From positions 2,144,001-2,208,000 of the forward strand of contig OY759729.1 in NCBI GenBank assembly GCA_963662585.1: 64,000 bases of DNA. Reading direction: 5' to 3'. Within the stretch, counting starts at the first letter, position 1, and each line of letters begins with the position of its first letter. This document shows, piece after piece, positions 49,408 to 58,767 of the stretch. The notes beneath the pieces were generated by a model. That model was not told where the DNA came from, searched no databases, and was given only the letters and a program-made list of their open reading frames with translations. Source of the DNA: Candidatus Cloacimonadales bacterium (GTDB taxonomy: Bacteria; Cloacimonadota; Cloacimonadia; Cloacimonadales; JAFGVF01). A program made the position numbers and the translations under genes.

Positions 49408-49917
49408 TTATTCATTATTCATTAAATTATCATTAATCATATTTATTAATTTACTAATTATCTTATCTTCTTCAATATCGTCAATAGAAAAATTTGCTAT
49501 TTCTCTATAAAATTCTTCTCTCTCCTGGAAAATATTATACAATTGAGCTTTACTGTTCTTCTTTACTAAGGGCCGATTACTGTTTTTAATTCTCTCATAA
49601 AGAATTTCCCAAGGAGGATTTAGCCAAATTACTGGATAGTCTTTTAAATAGTCACGATTAAGGGCTGAAAGAATAACCCCACCTCCGGTAGAAATTACCC
49701 CGGAAGGTGGGGAAGAAAGGAGGATATCTCGTTCTAATGAACGAAACTGGTTTTCACCATAAGTCCTAAAAATATCTCTAATGGATAACATACATCTTTT
49801 TTCAAGAAGGTAATCTAGATCATAATGCTGGATTCCCAAAGCATCAGCCAATGAACGACCAATATGACTCTTGCCTGAACCCATAAATCCAATAATAAAT
49901 ATTTTTTTCATACTCAT
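49408..49917 (-). CDS. aroK: Shikimate kinase
   Basis: GFMGSGKS, DLD, GENQFR, STGGG, RPL. Confidence 0.93.
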   Translation of the reverse strand: MSMKKIFIIGFMGSGKSHIGRSLADALGIQHYDLDYLLEKRCMLSIRDIFRTYGENQFRSLERDILLSSPPSGVISTGGGVILSALNRDYLKDYPVIWLNPPWEILYERIKNSNRPLVKKNSKAQLYNIFQEREEFYREIANFSIDDIEEDKIISKLINMINDNLMNNE

Positions 49918-50128
49918 GAATTGACAAAATATTATTCTCAGAATTATGTCAAGAAAAAATTGACCTAAGGTTTATTTAATTAATTGAAAAGTTAGAAAAA
50001 GATTGGTATATCACTGATATAAATTAATTTAGAATAGTAATATTTATTTATAAGAAAAATAAAATATTTATAAAAGTGGCAGTTTAGTAGATTTTAAATA
50101 TTTTCTCAATAAACTAAATGGAGGATTT

Positions 50129-50653
50129 ATGGTAAAATTCATTTTAATCGCAATTATTTGCTTTTCTAATTTATTATTAAGTGCTGATGAAGTCACAACA
50201 GTAGAAAAAGTTGATTTGCTAAAATACCAAGGGACTTGGTATGAAATAGCTAAACTACCTAATTGGTTTCAGAAGAAGTGTGAAAAGAATGTTACTGCCA
50301 CTTACAAGCTTAAAGAAGATGGGAATATCTCTGTAATAAATACTTGCATTGAAAAAGATGGAAAAGTTAACCAGATAGAAGGGATGGCAAAAATTGCAGA
50401 TTCAAAATCAAATGCTAAGTTAGAAGTCAGCTTTGTGCGCTTCTTTTGGAAGAATTGGTTCTATGGAAACTACTGGATAATAGGACTAGCTGATGATTAT
50501 AGCTGGGCTATCGTTGGAGAAGGAAGTAGGAAATATGCTTGGATCTTAGCTCGAGAAAAAATATTAGACCAAGCTACTATGCAAGAAGTATTCTCTATCT
50601 TAGAAGAGAAAGGATATGACCCAAAGGAATTTGAAATGACCTGGCAGGAATAG
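50129..50653 (+). CDS. blc: Bacterial lipocalin
   Basis: VDLLKYQGTWYEIAK, YWII, DYSWA, WILAR. Confidence 0.9.
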   Translation: MVKFILIAIICFSNLLLSADEVTTVEKVDLLKYQGTWYEIAKLPNWFQKKCEKNVTATYKLKEDGNISVINTCIEKDGKVNQIEGMAKIADSKSNAKLEVSFVRFFWKNWFYGNYWIIGLADDYSWAIVGEGSRKYAWILAREKILDQATMQEVFSILEEKGYDPKEFEMTWQE

Positions 50654-50671
50654 CTAAAAAAAGACAAAATG

Positions 50672-51330
50672 CCTTTCACACGAATTAACGCGAATTAAAA
50701 TGAATTTTCACTAATCTAGTGGCGAATTGCCATAGGCCTTCTTGAAAAGTCCCTTGACACAGAGTAAAGATGAGGTTTAAGAAGTTTTCACAGAGCTTTT
50801 AAGAAAAGATTTAAGAATGTGACCAGACCTCTTTTGTCGGAAGGTGGACAGCTTGTCCGCCTCTTTGCAAAACAATGATAATCCCAGCGGGATGCCATAT
50901 AATAGGGAGTGTTCGCAAGACACTCCAAGAAATCCCCCCGAATGAAAGTCCTTGGCTGTGTTGTAGATGGCATTTTAAATTGGTACACAAATGGCAGTTT
51001 AATCTGGTACATCTTCAACACCCCGCCTGCTGTGCAGGCACCCCTCTTCTCCAGAGGGGACTTAAATACCTCGTGAATCGAGAGATTTTCAACACCCTCA
51101 GCTAGCTCTGCCACACCTCCGCAAGTGGAGAATAAAGAAAGGAGTTTAAGAGTGTGATAATCCCTCTACTGTTGAACGGTGGACATATTGTCCGCTGTGA
51201 ATTGGTAAGTTAAAACGAATTTTCATGAATTGATACCTTTTTAATCCCAGCGGGATGCCATATAATAGGGAGTGTTCGGAAGACACTCCAAGAGATTCCC
51301 CCGAAAGTCATTGGCTGTGTCAGCGGACAA
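50672..51330. repeat. Intergenic mosaic of palindromic repeats with a duplicated unit of about 80 bp
   Basis: TAATCCCAGCGGGATGCCATATAATAGGGAGTGTTCG.AAGACACTCCAAGA...TTGGCTGTGT at 50879 and 51242; GGTGGACA..TTGTCCGC at about 50842 and 51178; further units shared with the 14.2, 40.2 and 47.2 kb regions. Confidence 0.85.
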
Positions 51331-51352
51331 GGGATAAGAAAAAGATAACTGC

Positions 51353-51381
51353 AAAAAAAAAGAGACTGTTACCAGTCTCTT
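51353..51381 (-). terminator. Rho-independent terminator
   Basis: A-tract plus AAGAGACTG-TTAC-CAGTCTCTT. Confidence 0.75.
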
Positions 51382-51401
51382 AAAATTTATCTTTGAAAAA
51401 A

Positions 51402-51875
51402 TTATTTCATACTTGTTGGAATATTATTTCTGCTAATCTTCCAGATATTATTACTTTTCTTTTTAAGTAATTCCTTGATTTGAGACCAAGTAAGAGCAAC
51501 TCTAAATTGATTACCATCATTATTAGGTATAATATCAGCAAGTTCAACATCTTGATTAAAATCTAATTTATAAACGGTGTAACGAGGAGAGTTATTAGGA
51601 AGAGTTGGGTTTTTGTAGATAGCAAAACTATTGCCAGTAGTATAACCTTTTACTATATGATTATCCTCGTTTTCGGAATTCCCTGAAGTTATTATGTAAG
51701 CATAATTATCATTAGAAAGAGTATTATCTTCCCATTTCAAACTAACATTATTATAACCATCTAAATATTGGGTAGTTACAGTTAAACTTCCTTCGAATGT
51801 TTGATTTTGGCCTGTAGAGGCATTTATAGTTAAAGCAAGCATAAGAGCAATGATCAATAAAAGTGTCTTTTTCAT
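51402..51875 (-). CDS. Secreted hypothetical protein
   Basis: Signal peptide MKKTLLLIIALMLALTINA; RBS AAGG; TTGACA at 51936-51931. Confidence 0.75.
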   Translation of the reverse strand: MKKTLLLIIALMLALTINASTGQNQTFEGSLTVTTQYLDGYNNVSLKWEDNTLSNDNYAYIITSGNSENEDNHIVKGYTTGNSFAIYKNPTLPNNSPRYTVYKLDFNQDVELADIIPNNDGNQFRVALTWSQIKELLKKKSNNIWKISRNNIPTSMK

Positions 51876-51953
51876 AATATTACCTTCTTTATTATTTTAT
51901 TATACCTAATAATTACAATTTAGAAAATCATGTCAAGAAATATAATTTATTTA

Positions 51954-53531
51954 CTGGCATACCCCCATTATTTTTATAAGAAATTGATCCGTAGTTGTAG
52001 CTTGTCATGATATTCCCCCTTGTGCGGTATAATTTTATTCAATTTAGTGTTATTAAATATGTGCTTTATGATTCTACTCAGTTTGTAATAGACATAGGTA
52101 TGATTCTTATAATTAGTGCTACCGAACTCAGGGAATTGATATAAAAGTTCTTCCAGATATTTTATTGTAGAATAAACTATATCTACTGCCACCATTAATA
52201 TAACATTAATATTTTTCAATCCTACATCAGACATCAGCTGAACTTTTTCCTAATTAAACTCCTGCTTGATATGTCTATGGAACTCTTCGATTTTCCATCT
52301 TTTTCTGTATCCTTTAACAGCTTTTAATATTATTTCATAGTCTGTCATTGTGCTATCATTAAAGTTACATAGAAAATAAAACAAGCCTCCTTTTTTACCA
52401 TGCCTTACAACAACTAAGTTTGCTTCAACTATATCTGGATGCTTACGTTTATGTGGATTAATTCTTATTTTCACTCTCTTTGTTCCGCAATTAAAAGTTT
52501 TATTATCAGATGTTTTAAACTCATGTTTAAGTTTAATTTGTCTTACTACTGATGAAAAGCTAACTTCGGTATTATCCTCAATAAAAGATCTCTTACCTGT
52601 ACTTCTAATTATATAGTTATTTTCATTATTTGAAAGTAAAGTTATTAACTTACGGCTATCATAACCTCTATCAAACACAAAAACACCTTTATTATTACTG
52701 TGAATAGTAATATCTATAATTCTATCTTCAAGTATATTCTTAGAAGTATCTTCTTCTATAATATTACTATATAATTGACTGCATATTGGGAGTATTGAAT
52801 AGTTCTTACCATTATCTGTTAGTGATGCAATATTAAGTAAATGATAACCTTTCGCTCTTTGTCCGGTAGAACCATCTCTAACTCTTGATAGTCCTTCTAA
52901 CTTATTTGATTCTGGCTTCAATATATCTGATTCATCAACTATAAAATATGTGTCATTGGTAGCTTTTGCACTGTTGTATTTTAACAAATTTTCACTTACC
53001 ACTTTTCCAATTTTCTCATTCTTTAGGTTTCTATATAATCTCTCACATACTTTATCTAAACTAATTTTTTCATGTAAACTTGTTGCTATTTGTCGAACAA
53101 TAACCGAGCTACTTGAAATGACTCCTTTCGTTATATCTTTCAAGGCTTTATGCTCAGGAATAGTTAAGCCTTCTGAATATTTTTTTACTCTTTTTGAAAA
53201 TTTACCTTGTAATTTTATTATATTCTGTTTTTTTAAATCCATTGTTAAAGTGCTCCTTTAGAAATTATTTGGTAGATAATCTAATTGTATTTAGGAGCAC
53301 TTTTTTTGCAAGGATTATTTTTCTTATTTTATTATCTATCAATTAGTTATACTATTTCTAAAAGTGTCTTAATATTAGCCTTGTTTGCAAGCTTTCTCGT
53401 AATTTTAATAGAAAAGTTTAAGTTTATTCGTAATACCTATAAATCAATCTTTTTAGACAATTTTTATATCTAACTTACTATAAAACTGAAAGTTCATTAT
53501 ATTATATCAAAGTTTTTTGGGGGTATGCCTG
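51954..53531 (-). mobile_element. Insertion sequence, IS4-like (DDE)
   Basis: TIRs CTGGCATACCCCCA / TGGGGGTATGCCTG; 14-bp direct repeat ATATAATTTATTTA at 51940-51953 and 53532-53545. Confidence 0.9.
51974..53242 (-). pseudogene. IS4-like DDE transposase interrupted by an in-frame amber stop
   Basis: IVDESD, FDRGYD, YRKRWKIEEFHRHIKQ (YREK-like); KQEFN*EKVQLMSDVGLKN continues in frame past TAG at 52250-52252. Confidence 0.88.
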
Positions 53532-53604
53532 ATATAATTTATTTATAAACTCAATTTCTTATCTAGCTTGTTAATAAAGGTCTTTTATCCTTAGAAAAAT
53601 AATA

Positions 53605-53942
53605 GGCTCAAGTTCAAGTCTGGTAGAAAATATTGTTAATTCTTGAGTATCTATAGCCGATGTTATTTCTGTATGTAAGTTTGTTTGTTAATTAGCTTCG
53701 TAGGAGTATCTGCTTTGTGCATTAGGAAGTCTCCAAAACAAGCTTTGCTCCTTAGATGCGAGTTGATAAGATTAGGTTTGTTAAAGGTTGCACCTAGGGA
53801 GTGACATGGGTTTCGAAAAAAACTCAGTGATACAAAGCCTTTAGATAATTCTACTCTTGTTGGAATTTAGATATTCTAGAAGTGCAGGGATATGAAACTG
53901 AAAAAATTGAAATTACCCTACAAGACTAGAAAATTCGATTCC
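53605..53942. mobile_element. Second, degenerate copy of the MITE family
   Basis: Left end GGCTCAAGTTCAAGTCTGGTAGAAA matches the TIRs at 11627/12127; the right end is only a weak match (CTACAAGACTAGAA...TCC) and no clear target duplication is visible. Confidence 0.5.
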
Positions 53943-54022
53943 AATGTTCATAAAAAATAATTCTTGACATAAATGATATTAATATTTATAAATAATAAAA
54001 TAAAAATACTGAGAGGATTAGT

Positions 54023-54275
54023 ATGTGGTTTTTCTTTAAATATGATTTTAGAGGTCTTGTGGAAGGTTTAAATAGAGTTGGATGGATAGCTTTTTTTTAT
54101 TACTATCTTAATACAAATCATATTATTTTTATGTTATAACTTAGATTATGCATCTCACAAGCATGCAATAGCTTATAATATAGGTGGAGTAATTATTAAC
54201 GGACTAATAGTAGCAATTATAGCTCATGTAATTAGCTCAATATTTACAGATCCTTATCCTGATAAAAAAAAGTAG
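54023..54275 (+). pseudogene. Small two-TM membrane protein frameshifted in a T8 tract
   Basis: RBS GAGG and TTGACA upstream; removing one T at 54091-54098 gives 83 aa MWFFFKYDFRGLVEGLNRVGWIAFFITILIQIILFLCYN...DPYPDKKK*, followed by a terminator. Confidence 0.65.
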
Positions 54276-54299
54276 CATTTTTATTTTAAATGCTACTTT
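54269..54299. terminator. Bidirectional terminator
   Basis: AAAGTAGCATTT...AAATGCTACTTT between convergent genes. Confidence 0.7.
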
Positions 54300-54308
54300 A
54301 TACTAATT

Positions 54309-55322
54309 TTATTTGTTTTCTTCCCACCAAAGATAAGGAGTTCCACCATTGATATTTTGATCAACTAGCCACACTTTTTTATAATTCCAATTATTATTAG
54401 AATTTTGAACTAATGAATTAAAGTTTTCTTTATTTTCATAATGACAGTCTTCAATATCATCCTGATAAGAATAGAACAAACCAGAGTCAAAGTTGTTAGT
54501 ATTTGATATCCAGTATACAGATTTAATAGTGCTCATTTCACTGTAATATATCAAAGGACATATCAGTGAGTTATCATCATTTAATTTTATATAAGTATTC
54601 TCAATAGAAGAGTTTATAAAGGAACCTATAATTCCAGATATATCTATTACTTCAGTACTAAAAATGTTAAAATTATTAAGTATGATATAGCAATTATCAA
54701 AGTTTGAGTCTCTTGTAAAATTAACAAAACCACCACCACTGTTATTACAGTTACCTATTGTTCCGATATCTACATTGGCTGCACAAAATCGTACAATACT
54801 GTTTATAGCTCCACTACTCAATCCTGATACACGACCATGTGTGCTAATGTTTCCACTTACCTTGCAGTTTTCTACAGTACTATTAACAATACTAAAAGAT
54901 AATATACCGCCCGATCCATAACCAGTTAAAAGAGCATCTGAGAAAAGTAAATTTTTTACTGTGCCGTCTCTGATAATACAAAAGAAACCTAACAGAGCTT
55001 CTTCATCTACTGAATTTTGCTGGAAGTTATATATTGTATGAAACTGTCCATCAAAATGACCATTAAAACCTTCAATACCTCCAATACCTTTCCATGATTC
55101 ATTATTACTATTATCATAGTAATTAGACATGTCTATATCATTATCTAAAACAATCCAAGGAACCTTGTTAGTTTTATTTTCACCATACAAATCATCTTTT
55201 ACCCATATCAAATCGTCTAATGAAACTATTTTATAAGGGGCACTTTCTGTTCCTTCTCCTAAAGGAATACTTTCAAGATATATGAGCGATATTATGAAAA
55301 GAAATATAAAATAATGTTTCAT
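54309..55322 (-). CDS. Secreted GLUG-like beta-helix protein
   Basis: GEGTESAPYKI, LDNDIDMS, FNGHFDGQFHTIYN, INGGTPYL. Confidence 0.75.
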   Translation of the reverse strand: MKHYFIFLFIISLIYLESIPLGEGTESAPYKIVSLDDLIWVKDDLYGENKTNKVPWIVLDNDIDMSNYYDNSNNESWKGIGGIEGFNGHFDGQFHTIYNFQQNSVDEEALLGFFCIIRDGTVKNLLFSDALLTGYGSGGILSFSIVNSTVENCKVSGNISTHGRVSGLSSGAINSIVRFCAANVDIGTIGNCNNSGGGFVNFTRDSNFDNCYIILNNFNIFSTEVIDISGIIGSFINSSIENTYIKLNDDNSLICPLIYYSEMSTIKSVYWISNTNNFDSGLFYSYQDDIEDCHYENKENFNSLVQNSNNNWNYKKVWLVDQNINGGTPYLWWEENK

Positions 55323-55612
55323 ATTGTGTCCTCTATATTAATAAAGTTGGGGGATATGGGAAAGTAATCTTTGCTAAGATCATCTAAACAGTAATGTTCA
55401 ATCATTCGATAAGTTGAAGTTGAATCAGCATACAAATTAAGAAAGGTTATGAAATGATCATATTCTTTAGAAGAATATACTTGCTGTGGATCAACAACAT
55501 AAATTGTACTTCTTTCACTTGAAGTAATGTCTCTTCCACTAGTATTATCACTTTGACAGCCTGCAATTACTAAAATCAGTAATGCGATAAAAAAACAAAC
55601 TATTCTAAACAT
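55319..55612 (-). CDS. Small lipoprotein
   Basis: Lipobox VIAGC; ATGA overlap with the downstream gene. Confidence 0.65.
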   Translation of the reverse strand: MFRIVCFFIALLILVIAGCQSDNTSGRDITSSERSTIYVVDPQQVYSSKEYDHFITFLNLYADSTSTYRMIEHYCLDDLSKDYFPISPNFINIEDTI

Positions 55613-55813
55613 AGAAACTCTTTTTAAATATTATTATATATATTCAATTTTTTTTTAGTGTATTTGTCAATATCTTTTTTTTAGTTTTTAAAATAGATGG
55701 TATAATAATGTAAGCTTAAAGTTGGAAGATAATACTATTCAAATTAGGATACCATTCCTGAAGCGTCGCAATAGCTATGGCTACACATACTGGAATTTTA
55801 CCAAACTGAAACC

Positions 55814-55858
55814 AAAAAAAAGCACTAAACTGTTGAAAAAAATCAACACTTAGTGCTT
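55814..55858 (-). terminator. Terminator of pgk
   Basis: A-tract plus AAGCACTAA..TGTTGA...TCAACA..TTAGTGCTT. Confidence 0.7.
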
Positions 55859-55872
55859 AAAATATAATATAG

Positions 55873-57192
55873 TTATTTTTCTGTAGCTTTTAGTGCATAT
55901 CTTTCTTGATTATCGATAAGAGCTTGAACCGGTTGCATTCCGAAAGGAGAACCTTGTTCAATAGAATTTAATACAGCTCCACCACCGGTAAAGAAATAGT
56001 AATCATCGCGTTCGATAGCTTTTAAGTAGGTTTCATAAGCTACAGCTTTGAATTCTTGCAGAGTATCTCCACCACCAAACATCTTCATGGCATTTTCGTT
56101 TTTAGAGATAATTTCATAAAGATCTTTTGTGCCATCTGTGAAATAAGGAGCGAAGCCCATAACTGCATTACAGAAGAACATGTTAGCTCTGCTGAATATC
56201 TCTTTTATATGGCGTAATGACCAGGTTTCCCATGAAACATCTAAAATATAATTTAATTCAGTTCCAGGTTTCAAATCGTGGATGAAATGAGTTCTGTATT
56301 TGCCTTCTTGTTTTTCACCTAAAACATCTGATTCCACAATATAAGGAAGCTCAACGATTCTCTGTGGGAATTCATTAGCTTTCTCTAAGAATGCTCTAGC
56401 AGATTCTAAATCTTTTTCTGTAATACCTTTAATCTTCAGATTATATTTAACAGCAAGGTAAGCGTTGTAGATAACTCCACCCAGGATAAGATAATCAACA
56501 TGTTCTAAGAGATTATTTAGAGGCTTAATCTTGGTATCAAATTTTGACCCAGCAACAATACCCACAAAAGGTCTTTGAGGTTGAAATACTTGTTTCAAAT
56601 GAGTAATCTCTTTCTGCATTAAGATTCCGGAATATGAAGGCATATAATAAGTAGGCTTCATCGTTGAAGTATGAGGTTGCCAAGAACCAAAAGCATCATT
56701 AACAAAGACATCTGCAATATTAGCCAAGGCTTTACCTAAATCATCTGAATCACCATTCATTGATTCTTCACCTCTAAACCAGCGAGTGTTAGGAAGATAG
56801 ATCATGTCAATTTTGCTTTTTCTTAAATCTTCTATTAAAGAATATACTGAATCATCATCAACTTCTATCCCATTATCTTCTCTTTTAAACCACTTGGGAA
56901 TTTCAATATTCAGAGATAATTTCGATTTCATGTATTCAACAATTGGAGTAACTGAATCATCATCAGAAATTGTGATTTTCCCTGTATCTTTATCTACAGG
57001 ACGACCGTTATGGGTCATTAAAATTAATTTTCCACCTCGTAAGGCAATATTCAATAGGGTAGGTAGAGTAGCATCGATACGCTCAGTATCTTTGATTACA
57101 CCATTTTTAACAACATTATGATCAACTCTTACTAAGACGATTTTGTCCTTTAAATCAGCATCTTGAATTCTTGGTAAATTACGATTTAACAT
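55873..57192 (-). CDS. pgk: Phosphoglycerate kinase
   Basis: VRVDHNV, THNGRP, NTRW, VNDAFG, GGGDT, TGGGA. Confidence 0.93.
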   Translation of the reverse strand: MLNRNLPRIQDADLKDKIVLVRVDHNVVKNGVIKDTERIDATLPTLLNIALRGGKLILMTHNGRPVDKDTGKITISDDDSVTPIVEYMKSKLSLNIEIPKWFKREDNGIEVDDDSVYSLIEDLRKSKIDMIYLPNTRWFRGEESMNGDSDDLGKALANIADVFVNDAFGSWQPHTSTMKPTYYMPSYSGILMQKEITHLKQVFQPQRPFVGIVAGSKFDTKIKPLNNLLEHVDYLILGGVIYNAYLAVKYNLKIKGITEKDLESARAFLEKANEFPQRIVELPYIVESDVLGEKQEGKYRTHFIHDLKPGTELNYILDVSWETWSLRHIKEIFSRANMFFCNAVMGFAPYFTDGTKDLYEIISKNENAMKMFGGGDTLQEFKAVAYETYLKAIERDDYYFFTGGGAVLNSIEQGSPFGMQPVQALIDNQERYALKATEK

Positions 57193-57536
57193 CTTTACTC
57201 CCAGATATGTTCTTTATATAACCAACTAAAAGTATTTAATAAAAGTAGGCAAGTTTTTTTTACGAATATCTAATTTACTTCGAGGCTTTTTGGACACAAA
57301 AGAAGGGATGTGTCTAAAAGATCACTAATTTCAAGGACGCTATTTTTCAACTAAGTAAGAAGAAGATTTTTAACAGATAGTAGAAAAAACAGATCTGTGG
57401 ATTTGTCTGTATTAGGCGAAATCATTAAATTAGTAATAATTTATCTCTTTGGAGTAATGGACTTTCTTTTAATCTTTATCAATCTTTTTATTGACATCAA
57501 TAGCACATTATTCATAATAAAAAAAAGGAAAAATTA

Positions 57537-58001
57537 ATGAATATAAGAATAATATGTCCAGGAAAAACTAAACAAAAGTTTATCGAAGAGGGGATAGCTG
57601 AATATACTAAGAGGTTGTCAGCATTCTGTAAGTTAGAGATAATTGAAACAGCAGATGTTAAATTATCTTCTTCTAACAATATCGAGATTGTTAAGCAAAA
57701 AGAAGCAGAAATAATTGGGAAATATCTAAAAAAAGAGCATTATTTAATTGCCCTTGATGAACATGGAAAACAGTATAGTTCAATAGATTTTGCGGGATTT
57801 ATTGACAGTTATAAGGGAATAAGAAATATTGACTTCTTAATAGGTGGAGTTTATGGTTTAGCTGAGGAATTAAGGAAGAGTGCAGATCTTTTGCTTGCTT
57901 TCTCAAAAATGACCTTTACTCACCGAATGATTAGAATGCTGTTAGTAGAGCAAATCTACCGCAGTTTTTGTATTTTAAATGGTAAAAAATATCATTATTA
58001 A
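57537..58001 (+). CDS. rlmH: 23S rRNA (pseudouridine1915-N3)-methyltransferase
   Basis: ALDEHGK, FLIGGVYG, SKMTFTH, EQIYR, YHY. Confidence 0.95.
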   Translation: MNIRIICPGKTKQKFIEEGIAEYTKRLSAFCKLEIIETADVKLSSSNNIEIVKQKEAEIIGKYLKKEHYLIALDEHGKQYSSIDFAGFIDSYKGIRNIDFLIGGVYGLAEELRKSADLLLAFSKMTFTHRMIRMLLVEQIYRSFCILNGKKYHY

Positions 58002-58013
58002 AAAGAGGTAATT

Positions 58014-58151
58014 ATGAATGATTTAATGTTAGCTGTCAGCTTCTTATGGAAAGGAATGTTAGGTATTTTTGCCTTTATGTTTCTTTTTTATGGAATAATC
58101 ACAGGTTTAGATAGAATATTCGTGAAAAATAAGAAGGAAACACAGATCTAA
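58014..58151 (+). CDS. OadG-related small single-TM protein (45 aa; absent from the ORF track)
   Basis: RBS GAGG; MNDLMLAVSFLWKGMLGIFAFMFLFYGIITGLDRIFVKNKKETQI; fills the rlmH-rsmG gap. Confidence 0.7.
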   Translation: MNDLMLAVSFLWKGMLGIFAFMFLFYGIITGLDRIFVKNKKETQI

Positions 58152-58152
58152 A

Positions 58153-58767
58153 ATGAATAATAAAGAGATATTCTTTCAGTTTCTTGAGGAGAATTTTCCT
58201 GAGAGAGCTGAACAACTTAAAAAAAGCTTTGAACAATATTATGAAGTATTAGTGGATGCAAATTCCAAAATAAATCTTTTTTCTCGCAAAATGCCTTTAG
58301 AAGAGATTTGGATCACCCATTTCCTTGATTCTTTGTTACCTTACAAATTGATTGATAGTAAGAAGAAGAGAATTTTAGACTTCGGAACTGGTGGTGGATT
58401 ACCCGGGATTCCTATGGCAATAATATATCCTAATATGCAGGTAAATCTCTTAGATGGAACTAAGAAAAAGATTCTTGTGATAAATGAAATGATTGAAATA
58501 CTTCAGCTTGCTAATGTGGATACTATCTGGACCAGAATAGAAGAGTATAATACTATCAATAAATATGATTATATAATCTGCAGGTCTGTTAAAATTTTAC
58601 CAACTTTTAAAGAGCCATTAATGAATGTTTTGTCACCAAAAGGTAAGATAATTCTCTATAAGAGCAAAATTTTAGATGATGTAACTCAATTTGAAAGTTA
58701 TAAAATGAATGATTTTAGTAATGAAATATTAGGGACAAGGAATATAATTGAGATAGATTATGAGTAG
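58153..58767 (+). CDS. rsmG: 16S rRNA m7G527 methyltransferase
   Basis: INLFS, HFLDSL, DFGTGGGLPGIP. Confidence 0.94.
   Translation: MNNKEIFFQFLEENFPERAEQLKKSFEQYYEVLVDANSKINLFSRKMPLEEIWITHFLDSLLPYKLIDSKKKRILDFGTGGGLPGIPMAIIYPNMQVNLLDGTKKKILVINEMIEILQLANVDTIWTRIEEYNTINKYDYIICRSVKILPTFKEPLMNVLSPKGKIILYKSKILDDVTQFESYKMNDFSNEILGTRNIIEIDYE

Noticed and set aside
50788..51114. ORFs 50788..51114(-) and 50875..51105(+), and similarly 47132..47395(+)
   Set aside because: They lie within repeat mosaics, have no convincing RBS and have atypical composition
56224..56239. parS-like GGTTTCCCATGAAACA near parAB
   Set aside because: Three mismatches to TGTTTCACGTGAAACA, single copy, inside pgk coding sequence; cannot be distinguished from chance
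57193..57536. oriC near rsmG/parAB
   Set aside because: No cluster of TTATCCACA-type DnaA boxes seen; only one poor match
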